DNA of 20,490 bases from Planctomycetota bacterium (GTDB lineage Bacteria > Planctomycetota > GCA-002687715 > DRQF01), in assembly GCA_027001995.1 (NCBI GenBank), contig JALTLO010000141.1:21253-41742 (forward strand), read 5' to 3'. The notes under the pieces were generated by a model, which saw only the letters and a list, made by a program, of their open reading frames with translations, did no database searches and was not told the DNA's origin. Below, one piece after another: positions 16,865 through 20,490 of the stretch (position 1 is its first letter; the number at the start of each line of letters is the position of its first letter). Both the position numbers and the translations under genes were made by a program.

Positions 16865-16905
16865 GAGGCCCTGGGGAGTGAAATTCCTCAGGGCCTTGTT
16901 CTTTT
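16865..16905 (+). terminator. Rho-independent terminator after subunit IV
   Basis: GAGGCCCTGGGGA...TCCTCAGGGCCTT followed by GTTCTTTT. Confidence 0.75.
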
Positions 16906-16945
16906 CCCCTCTGGCTCCGTCCAAGATCCTCGTTAATCTGGGGCC

Positions 16946-17764
16946 ATGAGTATGCCACCCACAAAAGCGCCAGGCCGTGCCAATTCGATCATGAGTGTAG
17001 TCATCATGCTGGTGATTATCGGATTCAGCTGGCGTTCATGTTGGTACGCCACCAAACTGAGCGATGATGACATGGTGGAGCTTCTGGGGGGTGAAGGCAG
17101 TGATAGCCGCATCCACAAGGCTCTTTCCCAGTTCGTTGACCGAGCCGAAAACAAAGATCCAAGAGTCAAGGACTGGTATGATTTGGTTGCCAAGCTGGGA
17201 CGGCACAAAACGTCTCAGATTCGCTCTACAGCCGCTTGGGCCATGGGCTACATCAAAGATTACCCCCCATTCATCCCTATCCTCACAGCCATGTTGGACG
17301 ATGAGGAGTTGCAAGTGCGCTACAATGCCGCTGTTGGTTTGGGTGCAGCCAAACAAAAAGTTGCCCGCCCGATCCTCAGACTCATGCTCAACGAACACGC
17401 CATCAAATCCCCCATCGACGGCACCTTGGAAGAACCACGGGCTCAGGGGGAATATATCCGATTTGGCAAAATCTTAGCCCGCCTCAGGACTCAAGATGGC
17501 AAGAAAACAAACATCATTGCTCCTTTGGATGGTCGCCTCTCCCTGTCCCGGGTCCGCCATGGCAAAGCCGTGAAAATGGGCGATGAGCTTTTTGTCATCG
17601 AACCCAGCGAAGGGCAGCTCAAGAACGCCATCATCGCTTTGGCCAGATGTGGCAGCGCCGACGACTTGGATGTCTTAGCCCCCATCAAGGAAGGCCGATT
17701 CGGAGCGAATACGTCCACCCAGGAACTGGCCCAGGAAGCCATCAAAGCTCTTTCTGCCCAGTAG
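16946..17764 (+). CDS. Membrane-anchored HEAT-repeat protein with inserted biotinyl/lipoyl-like domain
   Basis: N-terminal TM; IRSTAAWAMG, LDDEELQVRYNAAVGLG, LKNAIIALA HEAT-like repeats; KSPIDG...G and IAPLDG...V..G..V..GDELFVIE hybrid motifs. Confidence 0.75.
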   Translation: MSMPPTKAPGRANSIMSVVIMLVIIGFSWRSCWYATKLSDDDMVELLGGEGSDSRIHKALSQFVDRAENKDPRVKDWYDLVAKLGRHKTSQIRSTAAWAMGYIKDYPPFIPILTAMLDDEELQVRYNAAVGLGAAKQKVARPILRLMLNEHAIKSPIDGTLEEPRAQGEYIRFGKILARLRTQDGKKTNIIAPLDGRLSLSRVRHGKAVKMGDELFVIEPSEGQLKNAIIALARCGSADDLDVLAPIKEGRFGANTSTQELAQEAIKALSAQ

Positions 17765-17792
17765 ACATAACCAATTACCCCCTAAACATGCA

Positions 17793-17827
17793 GAAAGCCC
17801 AATCATGATAGTCATGAATGGGCTTTC
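17793..17827. terminator. Long hairpin between convergent genes, likely terminator
   Basis: GAAAGCCCA-A-TCATGA-TAG-TCATGA-A-TGGGCTTTC; lacks a strong U-tract. Confidence 0.6.
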
Positions 17828-17911
17828 GATGGCGTATTCTTCCCTATGGGACTGATGCAGAGACGGAGCTGTGCCGTCCCAGTTAGGGGCTGCAAGGTCG
17901 CGAATTATTCC

Positions 17912-18223
17912 TTAGAAAGGCAAATCGCCGTTGTCTGCTTCCCACTCTTTGGTGGGAGTCATGACGATGGAATCCCAAGGGCAACCATCCAAACGCATGT
18001 CCATGGGGCCCTTGGTGATACAACGGCGGCAGCCGATGCACTTCAATGGGTCAACCCAGATGTGACCAGCAGGATTGTCATCCGTCTTGATGAGCTGCAT
18101 GCAGTTGTCCACTGGGCAAAGCGGTTGACAGACGGGAGAACCGCCACAACCTGTGCAGGAATCGTAGATTACCGCAATATCCTTGGGTTTCTTCTTGCGT
18201 TGCGTCGTCAGTAAGTCAGCCAT
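17912..18223 (-). CDS. 2x[4Fe-4S] ferredoxin-like protein (103 aa)
   Basis: CTGCGGSPVCQPLCP and CIGCRRC-x12-CP; ATG 18223 preceded by GAGGA; no signal peptide. Confidence 0.88.
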   Translation of the reverse strand: MADLLTTQRKKKPKDIAVIYDSCTGCGGSPVCQPLCPVDNCMQLIKTDDNPAGHIWVDPLKCIGCRRCITKGPMDMRLDGCPWDSIVMTPTKEWEADNGDLPF

Positions 18224-18316
18224 GTGATCCTCATGTTCTAAGTGCAAACAAAGTGTAGGCTCTCGATTCACTTTGACAAGGGTATGCTTTCTTTGCTCTT
18301 TGAGGGCCGTCTCGAG

Positions 18317-18817
18317 CTATCCCCGTTGATGACGTTCCATTAAATCCATCAATTCGGCGTGAACATCTTCCCCATCAAAAACACCACGGCTCTGAAACAC
18401 ACGTTCACCATGAATAAAAAACATGAGTGCTGGAGATTCGACGTTCTTGTAGCGCTTTAATAGAATTTCATTTTTGTCTGCATTGACAAACCCGACCTCG
18501 TAGGGCGGTTTACGACTGGCCATGTTCTCGACTTGTTCGATCATGCATTGGTCGCCGATGCTCCACGCACGATAGAAATGAACCAAAACCGGATGTTCCG
18601 CCTTCAAGACACCCGCGTCAAAGTCAGCGTCCGTAAACTCCCGAACCGTTTGCTTGGGTTTCCTGTTCCAGATGGCCACGACAAACATCACCACCAAAGG
18701 CACAATCATGACAAACCAAATGGTGTTGTCGAAGAATCCATCTTGGCTATCTGTGGCTGGAGAATGGCGAACTTGGTCTTGAAGAAAAAACACCGTTATG
18801 TAAAAAGCGAGGTTCAA
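18317..18817 (-). CDS. Membrane-anchored thioredoxin-fold protein lacking CxxC
   Basis: TDADFDAGVLKAEHPVLVHFYRAW, VNADKN, SPALMFFIHGE typical of thioredoxin; active site reads WSIGD. TTG start at 18817 overlaps the upstream TGA, with AAGGAG before it. Confidence 0.78.
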   Translation of the reverse strand: MNLAFYITVFFLQDQVRHSPATDSQDGFFDNTIWFVMIVPLVVMFVVAIWNRKPKQTVREFTDADFDAGVLKAEHPVLVHFYRAWSIGDQCMIEQVENMASRKPPYEVGFVNADKNEILLKRYKNVESPALMFFIHGERVFQSRGVFDGEDVHAELMDLMERHQRG

Positions 18818-19293
18818 GGCAAGACTCCTTCTTCTTGAGCTGCCAAATACTGTCTCTTGAGAATGCGCCAGCGATATAACGTGAGGGCCCACAGGAGGGT
18901 CCCTGGCACAACTTGAAGCAGCAAAATGCCATGGACGGCCCTATCGGACCAAGCAAGAGGGTCAGTGAAGAGTGGCGGGAGCAAGCTCAACACGCCTAAA
19001 GCCATTAACAGGCCGCCGCTGTAAGAGCGAAACCCCATGTCTCGAAGCAGTGTGCCATAGAAGACGGTCCACGCTCCCAAGAACTGGCCAAGGTAGAGTT
19101 CCGTCCCCCAAGAGTACATGGCCGGGTGGGTCTGAAAAAACGACACCAAGACAATCTGGACCAGGACATAGAATGCCACGACGTGGATCTTTCGCAGAAC
19201 CATATCCCAAACCCGATCATTGAAGTCTGTGACTTCCTCTCGGGTCCTGGGTACATCTGACTTCGACGATTTCGAGGTTTCTTCATAAGTCAT
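18814..19293 (-). CDS. Hypothetical membrane protein (about 4 TM)
   Basis: Four hydrophobic segments; stop overlaps the thioredoxin-like start. Start uncertain (ATG 19293 chosen); the longer ORF call is antisense to the + strand lipoprotein. Confidence 0.65.
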   Translation of the reverse strand: MTYEETSKSSKSDVPRTREEVTDFNDRVWDMVLRKIHVVAFYVLVQIVLVSFFQTHPAMYSWGTELYLGQFLGAWTVFYGTLLRDMGFRSYSGGLLMALGVLSLLPPLFTDPLAWSDRAVHGILLLQVVPGTLLWALTLYRWRILKRQYLAAQEEGVLP

Positions 19294-19312
19294 AACGGGG
19301 TACTTTAGCTCC

Positions 19313-19732
19313 ATGAGACCTCGAGCAACAACTGAGACCATTGGGCGCACCCTTTTGCTGGCGTTTTGCGCCATCGCCTTCGTAGCCTGCGGAGGTTCCC
19401 CCTCCAAGAATCCCTCAAAGGGCGACGACGCCAAGGCTGAAACATCATCGAAAGCAGACACTAAAACCGTATCAGATAAGAATTTAGCGCAAAGCGTTGC
19501 GATCCGGAATGGGGCCAGCTGGCACATCCAAGTGACTCTTCCCCCATCTCTACCTTCGGGACTTCCCATCGAGCAGGTTACTTGCTCCACGTCAAAAGAA
19601 ACCCACACCTGGACCAGAAACGCTGACCAGACTCGTCTGTCTTTCAATTTGAAAGACGAAACTTTGGGTTATGAGATCGTGATAACGGACACCCAAGGCA
19701 GCACCTTTGTCACCAAGGCTCAATTCGAATGA
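19313..19732 (+). CDS. Hypothetical lipoprotein
   Basis: LLLAFCAIAFVAC lipobox, Ser/Lys-rich linker, beta-rich C-terminal domain; ATGA overlap with the next gene. Confidence 0.7.
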   Translation: MRPRATTETIGRTLLLAFCAIAFVACGGSPSKNPSKGDDAKAETSSKADTKTVSDKNLAQSVAIRNGASWHIQVTLPPSLPSGLPIEQVTCSTSKETHTWTRNADQTRLSFNLKDETLGYEIVITDTQGSTFVTKAQFE

Positions 19733-20433
19733 GCTCCCACTCCCAAACAAAAACGCCCCCTGTCATTTACTTCCTGGCCTTCCTGGTGGTGGCTGCCACA
19801 TGGTGGTTTTGGCAGAATTCTCGCAATGCCCCTGGTGAGCAGCACAAGCGATGGGAAGAGGAGACGCTCTCCCAGTCAGAGATCAGTGAGCACTTGGCGA
19901 ACCATGACATGGGCGAAATCTGCCATGCCTTGGTGCAACTCAAGACCCGACTCGTTTTGTTTCCCGAAAAAGACCTGCCCTGGAAGTTAGAACAAAGTCC
20001 TTCGGTCCTCGCTCTCAAGGATCATGAGAATCCCAAGGTTCGAAGTTATGTGGCCTATTGTTTGGCCTACTGGCCAGGAGAAGCCCAAGAAGAAGTGAAA
20101 GCCCTAATGGAGCTCTTGGACGATGACGTGCCATTGGTGTCCCTCAACGCTGCCATCGCCTTGGCCGCAAGAAAAAACTCTGCGGGGGCAGATCGCTTGG
20201 CCCAGGCCATTTCCGACACCAAAGGTGAACAAGTGGCTATGCGGCGCAGCTTACTGGCCGATTTCTACAAAGTAGCCCAAGAAAAGCATCTCACTTTCAT
20301 AGAAAACGAGCGTGATCGGGCGAAGCTCGACCATGATGAGGAGCGCTTGCGCTACTGCCAAGAAGCCATCGACCGCCTTCATGAGGCGAGAATTTCGACC
20401 GCAGACAGTCCAAATCCAAAGTCGGACAAATAG
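19729..20433 (+). CDS. Membrane-anchored HEAT-repeat protein
   Basis: N-terminal TM; LKDHENPKVRSYVAYCLA, LLDDDVPLVSLNAAIALA; similar to 16946-17764. Confidence 0.75.
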   Translation: MSSHSQTKTPPVIYFLAFLVVAATWWFWQNSRNAPGEQHKRWEEETLSQSEISEHLANHDMGEICHALVQLKTRLVLFPEKDLPWKLEQSPSVLALKDHENPKVRSYVAYCLAYWPGEAQEEVKALMELLDDDVPLVSLNAAIALAARKNSAGADRLAQAISDTKGEQVAMRRSLLADFYKVAQEKHLTFIENERDRAKLDHDEERLRYCQEAIDRLHEARISTADSPNPKSDK

Positions 20434-20490
20434 CCACAGTTTCTATCTTCGAGTCATTTGACCTTGGGCCACAAGGGTTTAGGGATCCAC

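Noticed and set aside
1..20490. Mobile elements, CRISPR arrays, tRNA/rRNA genes, alternative genetic code
   Set aside because: None seen by eye. TGA terminates several conserved genes at expected positions, so code 4/25 does not explain the TGA at 2381-2379.

Overview
Core-genome respiratory region of a bacterium that looks planctomycete-like (inferred from gene content). It opens with the end of purC, then purE and mtnA. A ~16 kb aerobic respiration cluster follows. It holds an A2-type heme-copper oxidase (subunits I, II, two subunit-III genes, IV) with assembly genes (heme o synthase, SCO, DUF420, a cupredoxin-like lipoprotein). These genes surround a split (b6-like) Rieske/cytochrome b complex whose cytochrome c partner is a 1076-aa octaheme protein. 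The window ends with a 2x[4Fe-4S] ferredoxin, a CxxC-less thioredoxin fold and two paralogous membrane-anchored HEAT proteins. The most striking observation is a gene the ORF track misses. The last gene of the oxidase operon (2444-2211, minus) has an in-frame TGA forming a U-P-N-C motif right after a predicted signal peptide, followed by an fdhF-like SECIS hairpin. It is a candidate small selenoprotein for cytochrome oxidase assembly.
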